DNA of 63,789 nt, the filler included, from Anaerolineae bacterium (lineage in GTDB: Bacteria; Chloroflexota; Anaerolineae; B4-G1; DUEL01): NCBI GenBank assembly GCA_041082215.1. It is 5 parts of 5 records of this genome, joined end to end, with 100 filler letters (N's around TTAATTAATTAA, not from the genome) between each part and the next. Parts side by side here need not be neighbours in the genome. Positions count along the whole stretch, not along the records: positions 21,743 to 53,134 come from JBDOIF010000110.1; 4 more parts are not named here. One strand, written 5' to 3'. Shown here piece by piece: positions 30,815-41,518 of the stretch. The number at the start of each line of letters is the position of its first letter. Position 1 is the stretch's first letter. The position numbers were made by a program, and so were the translations under genes. Below the pieces are notes generated by a model. That model saw nothing but the letters and a program-made list of their open reading frames with translations. It did not search any database and was not told the DNA's origin.

Positions 30815-32785
30815 ATGGAGGATAAAAGCCCCCTCAAGGAGAAGCCCCAGGTCCGGGAAGAGAAACGGGCCCTGGCAGAGGAGCAGCCTGCGCGGCTGGA
30901 AGTCTTCCTGGTGCAACAACAGCATCTGGAAGAGCTGCAGGAATGCCAGCGCTGGCTGACGTTGCTCGTCGAGGGATACCTTCTCGCCGTGAAACAGGTG
31001 GTTCAGTGCACAGACATCCGTACCCTTGTCGGGGGGAGTGTGGGGAAGCCACAACAACTGGCCAGATATACCTTCTGGAACAGCATCCGGATCAAGCTGG
31101 ATGACATCCGGTCCTTTGCCCCCGACCTTGCCCTGCTGGAAAGGAAGCTCGGCGCTGCGGCCCAGGCCTTCAACGCCGCCCTGGAGAGGGCAAAGGCGGA
31201 GGTGGATAAGGGCGCAGAGGAATACGCCCAGTCGGACGATGCCCAGCGCAAAGAGATCGCCCGCTCGGCCCTCCAATTCATCCGCGAGATGACGGACGCG
31301 GTGAGCGACATCGCCAAAGAATGCCCCGATGAAATCCGTAACGTGAGGGACCAGATCACATCCTGTATCGAGCGCATCCTGGAACAGCCCCGACCGGATG
31401 ATTCGGCCAGAGCCAGCAGCCAGGCGGCTGGGGTGAGGCCGCGGCCGCCGCAATCGGAGAGCGCTTCGAAGAGGCCGACCGCCCAGCCAGATCGGTGGTT
31501 CAGGTCCGGCCACGACCCCAGCCAGACACGTAAGGCAGAAAGTGTAGTCGAAATAGAGAGCAAAGCCGAAGAGAGAAGGTCGTTGCCCTTCAAACTGCAG
31601 ATCGGGAGATTGACCGACGGGATATTTGAGGTGCGAGTCCTGGAGGCGGCAGGGATGGGCGAACCGCACGAAACAAGCACGTTGCCCTACGACCCCGTCG
31701 GTCTTATCGCCGTCCTCAAGTTGCTGGAGCTGGGTTACAGGGATCCGGACCTCTTCAGCGAGGTGCAGAGGGAGGTGCTGGGGAGCCTGGGCCTGGTGCG
31801 CGATGGCTCCGCTGCCCCTGACCTGCTGGCCTCTCTTGGCAAGGGGCTGTATAAGGCCCTTTTCCCCGGCAGGGTCGGCAACGCCTTCCAGACGGTCCTC
31901 CAACAGGCGAGGAGCAGGCGGGAGGCTGTTGCGCTGCAACTTCGCTTCGACGAGGAGGCGGTTAACCTGGCCCGCTATCCCTGGGAACTGTTGCACGATG
32001 GTCACCGCCACCTGCTCTCCGGCGGGCTGGTGGAGATGACCCGCTACATCACTTACTCCGAGGCTGTGACGGGTCTGGAGGTCAGGCCGCCGTGGCGCCT
32101 CCTCTTCATCGCTCCCCGGCCTGGGGACCTGCTGAAGTTGCCGGATGACGCCGAACGGTTTGCCGTGTGGGAAAGCCTGCAGTCCCTGAACAAGCCAGGC
32201 CGATTGACGCTCGAGCGGCTCGACCCGCCTACCCATAAGGAACTGCTGGATCGCATCAGGGAGGATGAGTACCATATCATCCACTTCGATGGTCACGGCG
32301 TCTTTGCCCGGCGTTGTCCCCAGTGCGAAGCGATGCACTACTCCCATGCCGCCACCTGCGAGCGATGCGGTGCGCTGCTCGAAGGGGTCGAGCCTCTGGG
32401 CTACCTGGCCTTCGAGGGGCCGGACGGCCAGGCGGACTACGTCAGCACCAAGGACCTGGAGAACCTGGTGGTGCGCAGTGAGGTTCGTCTGGCCTTTCTC
32501 TCCGCCTGCCAGAGCGCGACGGTCCGGGGCGAATCCATCTTCGGCGGTCTGGGTCCCGGCCTGATCGAAGCTGGCGTGCCGGCTGTGGTGGCGATGCAGC
32601 TCCCGGTGACGGTAGGGGCAGCCGTCGAGTTCGCCCGGGGGTTCTATAAAGCGCTGGCCCAGGCCGAGACGATACCCCGCGCCGTCGCCGAGGGCCGCAT
32701 GGGGCTGTTCCGTTCGAAGGCCTGGTATGTCCCCGCCCTCTATCTGCGCAGCGCCGACGAGAAGGGCCGGCTGTTTGTCGAGTGA
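30815..32785 (+). CDS. CHAT (caspase-like) domain protein with helical N-terminus and internal Zn-ribbon
   Basis: YPWELL, IIHFDGHG, LSACQS, AGVPAVVAMQ, FARGFYKAL, W.VPALY. Confidence 0.9.
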   Translation: MEDKSPLKEKPQVREEKRALAEEQPARLEVFLVQQQHLEELQECQRWLTLLVEGYLLAVKQVVQCTDIRTLVGGSVGKPQQLARYTFWNSIRIKLDDIRSFAPDLALLERKLGAAAQAFNAALERAKAEVDKGAEEYAQSDDAQRKEIARSALQFIREMTDAVSDIAKECPDEIRNVRDQITSCIERILEQPRPDDSARASSQAAGVRPRPPQSESASKRPTAQPDRWFRSGHDPSQTRKAESVVEIESKAEERRSLPFKLQIGRLTDGIFEVRVLEAAGMGEPHETSTLPYDPVGLIAVLKLLELGYRDPDLFSEVQREVLGSLGLVRDGSAAPDLLASLGKGLYKALFPGRVGNAFQTVLQQARSRREAVALQLRFDEEAVNLARYPWELLHDGHRHLLSGGLVEMTRYITYSEAVTGLEVRPPWRLLFIAPRPGDLLKLPDDAERFAVWESLQSLNKPGRLTLERLDPPTHKELLDRIREDEYHIIHFDGHGVFARRCPQCEAMHYSHAATCERCGALLEGVEPLGYLAFEGPDGQADYVSTKDLENLVVRSEVRLAFLSACQSATVRGESIFGGLGPGLIEAGVPAVVAMQLPVTVGAAVEFARGFYKALAQAETIPRAVAEGRMGLFRSKAWYVPALYLRSADEKGRLFVE

Positions 32786-32891
32786 TGGAAAAGCCGCGCA
32801 GGCTTCCCGGCCTGCGCAGACGGGCCGGAAAGCCCGTCCGACGAAGTCCGCCGTAAAGTGCCTGGCTGGACGAGGATTGGAAAGGAGCCCG

Positions 32892-33263
32892 ATGGCAACT
32901 CAGGATATTTCCCTCCAGGCCCTGATCGAGAAGGTAAAGGACGAATTGCTGGCCCCGACCGGCGGGCCAGGATACCCTATCTTCTTCGTGGACAGGGTCG
33001 AACTGGAACTCCAGGTGGGTGTGACCTACGAGGCGAAGGCCGGCCTCAAGATCTCGGTCCTCCAGATCGGCGGGGTCGAGGCCGGGGGTGGGGGCTCACG
33101 GGAACGGAGCCACACGATCAAAGTGACCCTCTCCCCCATTCTCTCGCGGGAGGAGCAGCGGGCACTGCTCGAAGAGGATGCCCGCCTGCTGGAAGGCGTG
33201 CGACGGGCCACCCAGGCCGCGCTGCGTAAGGGGGAGGGGAAACTCGCCGGGGAACCGGAATGA
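32892..33263 (+). CDS. Trypco2-like (trypsin co-occurring domain 2) protein
   Basis: LQALIEKVKDEL...FFVDRVELELQV...GLKISVL...GVEAGG...HTIKVTLSP; AAGGAG RBS. Confidence 0.75.
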   Translation: MATQDISLQALIEKVKDELLAPTGGPGYPIFFVDRVELELQVGVTYEAKAGLKISVLQIGGVEAGGGGSRERSHTIKVTLSPILSREEQRALLEEDARLLEGVRRATQAALRKGEGKLAGEPE

Positions 33264-33300
33264 CAAAATGGAGTCAGATTCTGTGAGGGAGGATACACCT

Positions 33301-34026
33301 ATGAGCGCAATAGACCCCTGGATATCGCTGTTGACCGGCCAGCTCCCCGATGAGGAACAGGTCCGCCTGTTATCTGAGGGGGTCGCAGAGCTTGAGGCAT
33401 TCCTGGAAAGCCGACCAGAGGCGACAGAGGATGTGCTGGAAATCCTCGCCCGGCGGCTGGATGGGAAGATCGATCACCAGACGTGGGCGACGGTGGACGC
33501 CGCCCTGAGCAGTTATCTGGGCCGGGAATTGGCGTACCTGATCGCGTGGGTGGCACAACCCGAAGAGCAGATGGAACGGCTCCGCGAACTGTCCGGTTAT
33601 GCCGCACCAGAGGCAATGGCCTTTCTGGGCACTGTCCTTGGCCTCTACGGCCCGGAGCTGGAAAGGGCATACCTCTGCTGGAACGAGATCCCCGATGACT
33701 GGCGTGTCCTGTATCGGGACGTGTACTACGACATGCTCAACCAGCGCCCCCACATCAGGCTCCGCATTCAGAAGTACAACGGCGAAACGGTGACCTTCGA
33801 GGGACACAGTGATTCCATCCTTGCGCTCGCCTCCAGCCTGATCCTTACCTTACGCTTAGCCGGCATCCCGGACGCCTTCAGCCAGGGCCGGCTGCTCCAG
33901 TTCGGGGAGGAGGTGAGGGAGTTGTTCCGCCTGGTGTTCCCGGCGCTGGAGGAAGAGATTGATCAATTCTTCGACAAACTTTTCCCAGAGGGGCAGGCTG
34001 GTGAGGTAGAAGGGGAGACTGCCTGA
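33301..34026 (+). CDS. Hypothetical protein, helical N-terminus and possible COMM-like C-terminus
   Basis: GGAGG RBS; open frame of about 240 aa; fold call is by eye only. Confidence 0.6.
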   Translation: MSAIDPWISLLTGQLPDEEQVRLLSEGVAELEAFLESRPEATEDVLEILARRLDGKIDHQTWATVDAALSSYLGRELAYLIAWVAQPEEQMERLRELSGYAAPEAMAFLGTVLGLYGPELERAYLCWNEIPDDWRVLYRDVYYDMLNQRPHIRLRIQKYNGETVTFEGHSDSILALASSLILTLRLAGIPDAFSQGRLLQFGEEVRELFRLVFPALEEEIDQFFDKLFPEGQAGEVEGETA

Positions 34027-34038
34027 ACGACCCCTTCC

Positions 34039-36999
34039 CTACATCAAAATGCGCTGAAGGAATTGCCCTGTGTAACTGCTCGCTACCTGGGCCACCTGCT
34101 CGGGAGTGCCCTCGGCGACCACCCATCCACCCGCATCCCCCCCCTCCGGCCCCAGGTCAATGATCCAGTCCGCCACCTTGATGATGTCCGGGTGATGTTC
34201 GATGATGACCACGGTGTTGCCGGCATCCACCAGCCGGTTGAGCACCCCGACCAGCTTATCCACGTCGGCGGCGTGAAGGCCCACGCTGGGTTCATCAAGC
34301 ACGTAGAGGGTGCGGCCTGTGGCCACCTTCGATAGCTCCCGGGAGAGCTTCACCCGCTGCGCCTCCCCACCAGAGAGCGTCGGCGCGGGCTGGCCCAGGC
34401 GGATGTAGCCCAGCCCCACGTCCTGCAACGTCTGGAGCTTGCGGCAGATGGCGGGGAAGGCGGAGAAGAACTCCGCCGCCTCGTCCACCGTCATATCCAG
34501 CACCTCGGCGATGTTCTTCCCCTTGTAGCGGACCTGGAGGGTCTCCCGGTTGTACCGTCGCCCCCGGCAGACATCGCAGGGGACGTAGACATCAGGCAGA
34601 AACTGCATCTCGATGCGCAGCGTCCCGTGGCCCTGGCAGGCCTCGCAGCGGCCCCCTTTTACGTTGAAGGAGAACCGCCCGGCCCGGTAGCCGCGGATCT
34701 TCGACTCTGGCAGGGAGGCAAAGAGGTCGCGGATGGGACCGAAGAGGTTGGTGTAAGTAGCCGGGTTGGAGCGGGGAGTGCGGCCGATGGGGGACTGGTC
34801 AATATTGATCACTTTATCTATATGCTCGACCCCCTCGATGCGGTCATGGTCGCCAGCTGGCTCGCGGGAGCCGTGGAGGACCTGGGCCAGCCTCCGGTAG
34901 AGGACGTCAATCAGGAGGGTGGATTTGCCGGAGCCGGAGACGCCGGTGATGCAGACGAACATCCCCAGCGGGATACGGACGTCTATGCCCTTCAGGTTGT
35001 GCTCCCTGGCGCCCCGGATAACCAGGAAGTTTCCGTTCCCCGGCCGGCGTGCCCTGGGGACCGGGATGCGGCGGCGGCCGGAGAGGTAGGCGCCGGTGAG
35101 GCTGTGAGGGTGGTCCAGGATATCCTGGAGAGTTCCGGCGGCCACGACCTCCCCCCCCTGCTCCCCCGCCCCCGGCCCCAGATCAATGATCCAGTCGGCG
35201 GCGCGGATCATCGCCTCGTCGTGCTCCACCACGAGAAGCGTGTTCCCCAGGTCCCGCATCCCCAGAAGGGTCCGGATCAGCCGGGCGTTGTCCCGCTGGT
35301 GCAGGCCGATGGTCGGTTCGTCCAGCACGTAGAGGACACCGGTCAGACGGGAGCCGATCTGGGTGGCAAGCCGGATCCGTTGCGCCTCGCCGCCGGCCAG
35401 CGTGTCGGCGGTACGGCTTAACGTCAGGTAGTCCAGCCCCACGTTGACCATGAACTGAAGCCGGTCGCGCACCTCCTTCAGGATGCCCCGCGCGATAAGC
35501 CATTCCTTCTCCGTCAGAGGGGAGTCCTCAGGTTTTGAAGTTTCGGTTTGCAGGGCTTCAGGTTTCAGATTTTCAATTCGAAACCTGGAACCACTCAACC
35601 AGTCAATCCATTCCAGCAGCCGGCTCGCCGGCCACTGGCTGATCTCGTGGATGTTCCGCCCGGCGACAGTGATGGCCAGCGCTTCAGGCCGCAGCCGGGC
35701 CCCGTTGCAGGCCAGGCAGGGTTGCCGGGTCATGAACTCCTCGATCTTACCCCGAATGTAGTCGGAAGCGGTCTCCTGATACCGGCGGCGGAGGTTGGGG
35801 ATCACTCCCTCGAACCGGGTGTGATACGTGCTGCGGCGTCCCTCCCGGCTCATGTAGTGGATGGGGATTTCTTCATCTCCACTCCCGTAGAGGATCACCC
35901 GCTGCTGGGCAGGACTCAGCTCCCGCCACGGACGGTCGGTGGGGATGTGGTAGTAGTCGGCGGCCGCTTCCAGAAGCTGCCAGTAGACCCCGTTTCGGTC
36001 GTTGGTGTTCCAGGCCTGGACCGCCCCTTCCTCCAGCGAAAGGTCTGGATTGGGAACGATGAGGTCGGGGTCCAGCTCCGTTCGCGTGCCCAGCCCCTGG
36101 CATGTGGGGCATGCGCCGTGGGGGCTGTTGAAGGAGAAGGTGCGGGGTTCGATCTCCGGCAGGCTGATGCCGCAGACCGGGCATGCCAGATGTTCGGAGA
36201 AGAGGAGATCGCGGGGGGGATCGGCGGAGACATCGTTGATGATGAGCGTCCCCTCCCCCATCTGGAGCGCGGTCTCAACGGAGTCGGTCAGGCGGGTGCG
36301 GAAGCCGTCGTCAACCTCTTCGGGGACGATCAGCCGGTCCACCACCGCTTCGATGGTGTGCATCTTGTACCGGTCCAGGAGGGGCGTCGCATGCGATGCC
36401 CCCACATCCATTTCCTCTACATCCCGGACGACGCCGTCCACCCGCACGCGGACGAAGCCGGCCTTGCGGACGTCCTCAAAGACCGCCTGGTGGTGGCCTT
36501 TGCGGTCTTTGACCAGGGGGGCCAGGACCTGGAAGCGGGTGCCCGGTGGCAGGGCCAGGACGGCGTCCACGATCTGCTGGGCCGACTGGCGGGAGACCTC
36601 CCGGCCGCATTGGGGGCAGTGGGGGATGCCGATGCGGGCGTAGAGCAGGCGCAGGTAGTCATAGATCTCGGTGACGGTGCCGACGGTGGAGCGGGGGTTG
36701 TGGGAGACCCCGCGTTGATCAATGGAGATGGCAGGGGAAAGGCCCTCGATCTGGTCCACGTCGGGCTTCTCCATCTGGCCCAGGAACTGGCGGGCGTAGG
36801 CGGAGAGGGATTCAACATAACGGCGCTGTCCCTCGGCGAAGATCGTGTCGAAGGCCAGGGAGGATTTGCCAGAGCCGGAGATGCCGGTGACGACCACCAG
36901 CCGGTTCCGGGGGATCTCCACCGTGATATTCTTCAGGTTATGTTCCCGCGCGCCGCGGACAATGATCCGATCCTGGGCCATAGCTTCCCACTCTGCCAT
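34039..36999 (-). CDS. uvrA: Excinuclease ABC subunit A
   Basis: GAREHNLKN, two Walker A motifs, Zn fingers, LSGGEAQR; start may be 36981. Confidence 0.98.
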   Translation of the reverse strand: MAEWEAMAQDRIIVRGAREHNLKNITVEIPRNRLVVVTGISGSGKSSLAFDTIFAEGQRRYVESLSAYARQFLGQMEKPDVDQIEGLSPAISIDQRGVSHNPRSTVGTVTEIYDYLRLLYARIGIPHCPQCGREVSRQSAQQIVDAVLALPPGTRFQVLAPLVKDRKGHHQAVFEDVRKAGFVRVRVDGVVRDVEEMDVGASHATPLLDRYKMHTIEAVVDRLIVPEEVDDGFRTRLTDSVETALQMGEGTLIINDVSADPPRDLLFSEHLACPVCGISLPEIEPRTFSFNSPHGACPTCQGLGTRTELDPDLIVPNPDLSLEEGAVQAWNTNDRNGVYWQLLEAAADYYHIPTDRPWRELSPAQQRVILYGSGDEEIPIHYMSREGRRSTYHTRFEGVIPNLRRRYQETASDYIRGKIEEFMTRQPCLACNGARLRPEALAITVAGRNIHEISQWPASRLLEWIDWLSGSRFRIENLKPEALQTETSKPEDSPLTEKEWLIARGILKEVRDRLQFMVNVGLDYLTLSRTADTLAGGEAQRIRLATQIGSRLTGVLYVLDEPTIGLHQRDNARLIRTLLGMRDLGNTLLVVEHDEAMIRAADWIIDLGPGAGEQGGEVVAAGTLQDILDHPHSLTGAYLSGRRRIPVPRARRPGNGNFLVIRGAREHNLKGIDVRIPLGMFVCITGVSGSGKSTLLIDVLYRRLAQVLHGSREPAGDHDRIEGVEHIDKVINIDQSPIGRTPRSNPATYTNLFGPIRDLFASLPESKIRGYRAGRFSFNVKGGRCEACQGHGTLRIEMQFLPDVYVPCDVCRGRRYNRETLQVRYKGKNIAEVLDMTVDEAAEFFSAFPAICRKLQTLQDVGLGYIRLGQPAPTLSGGEAQRVKLSRELSKVATGRTLYVLDEPSVGLHAADVDKLVGVLNRLVDAGNTVVIIEHHPDIIKVADWIIDLGPEGGDAGGWVVAEGTPEQVAQVASSYTGQFLQRILM

Positions 37000-37033
37000 T
37001 CAGCGCCATTTCCTCTATCTGCCCCAGATTCCT

Positions 37034-37062
37034 ATTTTAGCACATTCGTTCTGGAGCGTCAA
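37034..37062 (-). promoter_or_regulatory. uvrA promoter with overlapping putative LexA (SOS) box
   Basis: TTGACG-17-TAAAAT; AGAAC-GAAT-GTGCT (37039-37052) lies in the spacer. Confidence 0.75.
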
Positions 37063-37133
37063 ATGTCGTAGTAACAAAAGGTGTATTTCAGTTTGGGGGC
37101 GAGATGTCCCTGGCCCGGGCCGGACCTGGGGAA

Positions 37134-37223
37134 ACACGAATGGCGCGAATAGAAACGAATACCGCGAATGGAACAGGTATCCCTCCTGTTCGCTGTATTC
37201 GGACCATTCGTGGGATTCGCGAT
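37134..37223. repeat. Inverted cluster of about 9-bp repeats (CGAAT x4 facing ATTCG x4)
   Basis: acacgaatgg cgcgaatag aaacgaata ccgcgaatg ... gttcgctgt attcggacc attcgtggg attcgcgat. Confidence 0.7.
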
Positions 37224-37341
37224 CCACCGGCGGGCGAGAGGACCACTCGCCCCGAAATTGAAATACGTCCGGTAACAAACCCGTCCGTCCGCCGCGTAGG
37301 GGGGCTTTGCTGGCCGCCTTTCGGTTATCTGGAGCAACAAG

Positions 37342-37376
37342 AACAGGGCCTCCGGGTTTCAACCGGAGGCCCTGTT
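37342..37376 (-). terminator. Terminator hairpin after the dehydrogenase gene
   Basis: 14-bp stem AACAGGGCCTCCGG/CCGGAGGCCCTGTT. Confidence 0.7.
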
Positions 37377-37391
37377 GAGGAGGCAGGGCAA

Positions 37392-38642
<1,251 letters not shown>

Positions 38643-38792
38643 ACGTTTTCCTCCTGAGAAGATTAATGGTCAAACGCAACTCACCAAAATGCGGGCATCC
38701 GCCCGCGCTGTCGGCTGACTGTTTTATTGTAACACGAACTGGATTTATGTGCCAGTGACGGAAAACACCCCTCCGGAGTGATGGTCTTCAGC

Positions 38793-40238
38793 TCACCCCC
38801 GCCGTGCCTCCAGAGCCTCCTGCAACAGCGAGCGGACGACCTGGGGGTTGGCCTGCCCGCGGGTGGCCCTCATCACCTGCCCCATCAGCCACCCCATCAC
38901 CTGCTCTTTGCCCGCCAGATACTGAGCCACCTGGGTCGGGTGGGCTTCGAGCACCTCCTCAACGGCCCGCCGCAGGTCCGCCACATCGGAGATCTGGGCC
39001 AGCCCCTTCTCCTTAACAATCTGCCTGGCCCCCCGTCCGGTAGCGACCATCTCCTCCAGCACCGCCTGGCCGGTACTCCGGTTGATCGCGCCCCCCTCCA
39101 CCATCTCGATCAGTTCTACCAGCGCCCCAGGGGGGACCGGTATGCCGCCGATCTCCCGCCCGCTTTCCTTCATCACCCGGAACAGGTCGCCCACGACCCA
39201 GTTGGCGATGGTCTTAGGGTCCACCCTCCCTGACGCTACCGCTGATTCGTAGTAATCGGCCACCCCCTTGTCGGCCACCAGCAGCCCCGCCTCGAACTCC
39301 CCCAGGCGGTACGCGGCGACAAAGCGGGCACGACGGGCATCTGGTAGCTCGGGGAGCTGGCCGCGCAACGTCTCTACCCATTCCTGGTCCACATGCAGCG
39401 GTGGCAGGTCCGGCTCGGGGAAATAGCGGTAATCGTGGGCGTATTCCTTGCCCCGCTGGACATAGGTCCTTTCCCGCAGCTCGTCCCACCCCATCGTCTG
39501 CTGGACCACCTGGCCGCCCGATTCCAGCACTTCGATCTGGCGTTTGATCTCGTAGGCAACGGCGCGGGCCAGCGCGCGGAAGGAGTTGAGGTTCTTGATC
39601 TCGGTACGGGTGCCCAGCCTGGTGGAGCCGGCGGGGCGGACGCTGACGTTGGCCTCAAACCGCATTTCCCCCCTCTCCATATCCCCGGAGTTGATCCCCA
39701 GGTAGATCAGGACCTGCCGCAGCGCGGTGGCGTAGGCCCTGACCTCCTCGGCCGAATGCATGTCCGGCTCACTGACGATCTCGATCAGCGGCACGCCGGC
39801 CCGGTTAAAATCCACCCGGGTGGCGGCCCCCACGTGGTAGAGCTTGCCCGTGTCTTCCTCCAGATGGACACGGGTGATGCCGATGCGCCGGGGGCCGGCC
39901 TCGGTCTCGATCTCCAGATAGCCGTTCACCGCCAGCGGCAGGTCGTACTGGGAGATCTGGTATCCTTTGGGCAGATCGGGGTAGAAGTAGGACTTGCGGG
40001 CGAAGCGGCTGGCGGGGAGTACAGTGCAGTGAAGGGCCAGGCCGGTCATCAGGGTGAGCTCCACCGCCCTCCGGTTGATCACCGGCAGCGTACCCGGCAT
40101 ACCGGTGCAGACCGGACAGACGTAGGTGTTCGGCGGCAGGTCGCCCGTATCCTCCACCACCGGGCAGCCGCAGAACATCTTGGAGCGGGTGTGAACCTGG
40201 GCGTGGACCTCCAGACCGATTACAGCCTCGTATTCCAC
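38793..40238 (-). CDS. gatB: Asp/Glu-tRNA amidotransferase subunit B
   Basis: [33 protein letters not shown]. Confidence 0.98.
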   Translation of the reverse strand: MEYEAVIGLEVHAQVHTRSKMFCGCPVVEDTGDLPPNTYVCPVCTGMPGTLPVINRRAVELTLMTGLALHCTVLPASRFARKSYFYPDLPKGYQISQYDLPLAVNGYLEIETEAGPRRIGITRVHLEEDTGKLYHVGAATRVDFNRAGVPLIEIVSEPDMHSAEEVRAYATALRQVLIYLGINSGDMERGEMRFEANVSVRPAGSTRLGTRTEIKNLNSFRALARAVAYEIKRQIEVLESGGQVVQQTMGWDELRERTYVQRGKEYAHDYRYFPEPDLPPLHVDQEWVETLRGQLPELPDARRARFVAAYRLGEFEAGLLVADKGVADYYESAVASGRVDPKTIANWVVGDLFRVMKESGREIGGIPVPPGALVELIEMVEGGAINRSTGQAVLEEMVATGRGARQIVKEKGLAQISDVADLRRAVEEVLEAHPTQVAQYLAGKEQVMGWLMGQVMRATRGQANPQVVRSLLQEALEARRG

Positions 40239-40286
40239 ACTCCCCTTCTTTCTCTTTCCTGCGTCTTGCCTCTTGCCCCCTGCCTT

Positions 40287-41456
40287 TTATCCATGCCTCT
40301 GCACAAACCGATGCATCCGTTCCAGCGCCTCCTCGATCTTCTCGTAGGCAGTGGCGTAGGAGCAGCGGACGTACCCTTTCCCCGCCTCGCCGAAAGCACT
40401 GCCGGGGACCACAGCCACTTTCTCCTCGTGGAGCAGCCGTTCGGCAAAGGTCTCCTCATCCATCCCGGTAACGGCGATGGAAGGGAAGGCGTAGAAGGCC
40501 CCTTTAGGTTCCACGCAGGTCAGCCCGATTTCGTTGAGGCCGTTCACGATCAGCCGGCGGCGCCGGTCGTATTCGGCCCGCATCTCCTCAACGAAAGGCT
40601 CCCCCACCTCCAGCGCTGCCAGTGCGGCGTACTGGGCGGTGGTGGGGGCGCACATAATGGTGTACTGATGGACTCTCCGCATCATCCCCAGGATCTCCGC
40701 CGGGCCGGCAGCGTAGCCGATCCGCCATCCTGTCATCGCGTAGGCCTTGGAGAAGCCCATCAGGAGGATGGTACGGCTGTACATCCCCGGCAGGCTGGGA
40801 AAGCAGACGTGTTCGGTGTCGTAGACCAGCCGGTCGTACAGCTCGTCGGAGATGACCAGCAGGTTGTGCTGCTTGACCACGGCAGCGATCTCGTTCAGCC
40901 GCTCCCGGCTCATGACTGCACCGGTGGGGTTGTTGGGGTAGCCCAGAAGAATGGCCTTGGTCCGCTCGGTGACCGCCGCCTCGATCGCCTCCGCCGTCAC
41001 CTGCCAGTCGTCCTCCGCGTAGGTCGGCACCATCACCGGCACCCCTCCGGCGAAAGTGACCTCCGGCGCGTAGGAGACAAAGCAGGGCTGGGGGATGATG
41101 ACCTCGTCGCCCGGGTCAAGAGTGGCAGCGCAGGCCAGGTAGAGGGCCTCGGAGACCCCCACGGTGATGAGGATCTCGCTGGCCGGGTTATAGGTCTGGC
41201 CATACAGCCGGTCCAGATGCTCGGCGATGGCCCGGCGCAGCTCCATCAGCCCGGAGTTGGACGTGTAATGGGTGTCCCCTCGCTTGAGCGACTCAATCCC
41301 GGCCTGAAGGATCGGCTCGGGAGTGGTGAAATCCGGCTCGCCGATCCCCAGGCTGATCACGTCCTCCATCGTCGCAGCAATGTCGAAGAAACGGCGGATA
41401 CCCGAGGGTGGTACAGAGGCGATGCGCTCAGAGATGAAGTTGCGTACACGGGGCAT
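40287..41456 (-). CDS. Class I/II PLP-dependent aminotransferase
   Basis: SGIRRFFD, GEPDF, PNNPTG, SDELY, GFSKAYAMTGWRIG. Confidence 0.95.
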   Translation of the reverse strand: MPRVRNFISERIASVPPSGIRRFFDIAATMEDVISLGIGEPDFTTPEPILQAGIESLKRGDTHYTSNSGLMELRRAIAEHLDRLYGQTYNPASEILITVGVSEALYLACAATLDPGDEVIIPQPCFVSYAPEVTFAGGVPVMVPTYAEDDWQVTAEAIEAAVTERTKAILLGYPNNPTGAVMSRERLNEIAAVVKQHNLLVISDELYDRLVYDTEHVCFPSLPGMYSRTILLMGFSKAYAMTGWRIGYAAGPAEILGMMRRVHQYTIMCAPTTAQYAALAALEVGEPFVEEMRAEYDRRRRLIVNGLNEIGLTCVEPKGAFYAFPSIAVTGMDEETFAERLLHEEKVAVVPGSAFGEAGKGYVRCSYATAYEKIEEALERMHRFVQRHG

Positions 41457-41518
41457 GGTTCCTCCTTAACTCGTTGCTGGTGACGGATGACGAATGACGA
41501 ATGACGAATGACCCCTTC

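Noticed and set aside
37015..37362. Small ORFs between uvrA and the dehydrogenase gene
   Set aside because: They are translations of the inverted 9-bp repeat cluster and overlap the uvrA promoter; no convincing RBS
39393..41483. Long antisense ORFs (696 aa here; also 13775-15742, 30626-32347, 37104-38657, 51369-53186)
   Set aside because: Shadow frames of well-supported genes in high-GC DNA, with no recognisable motifs
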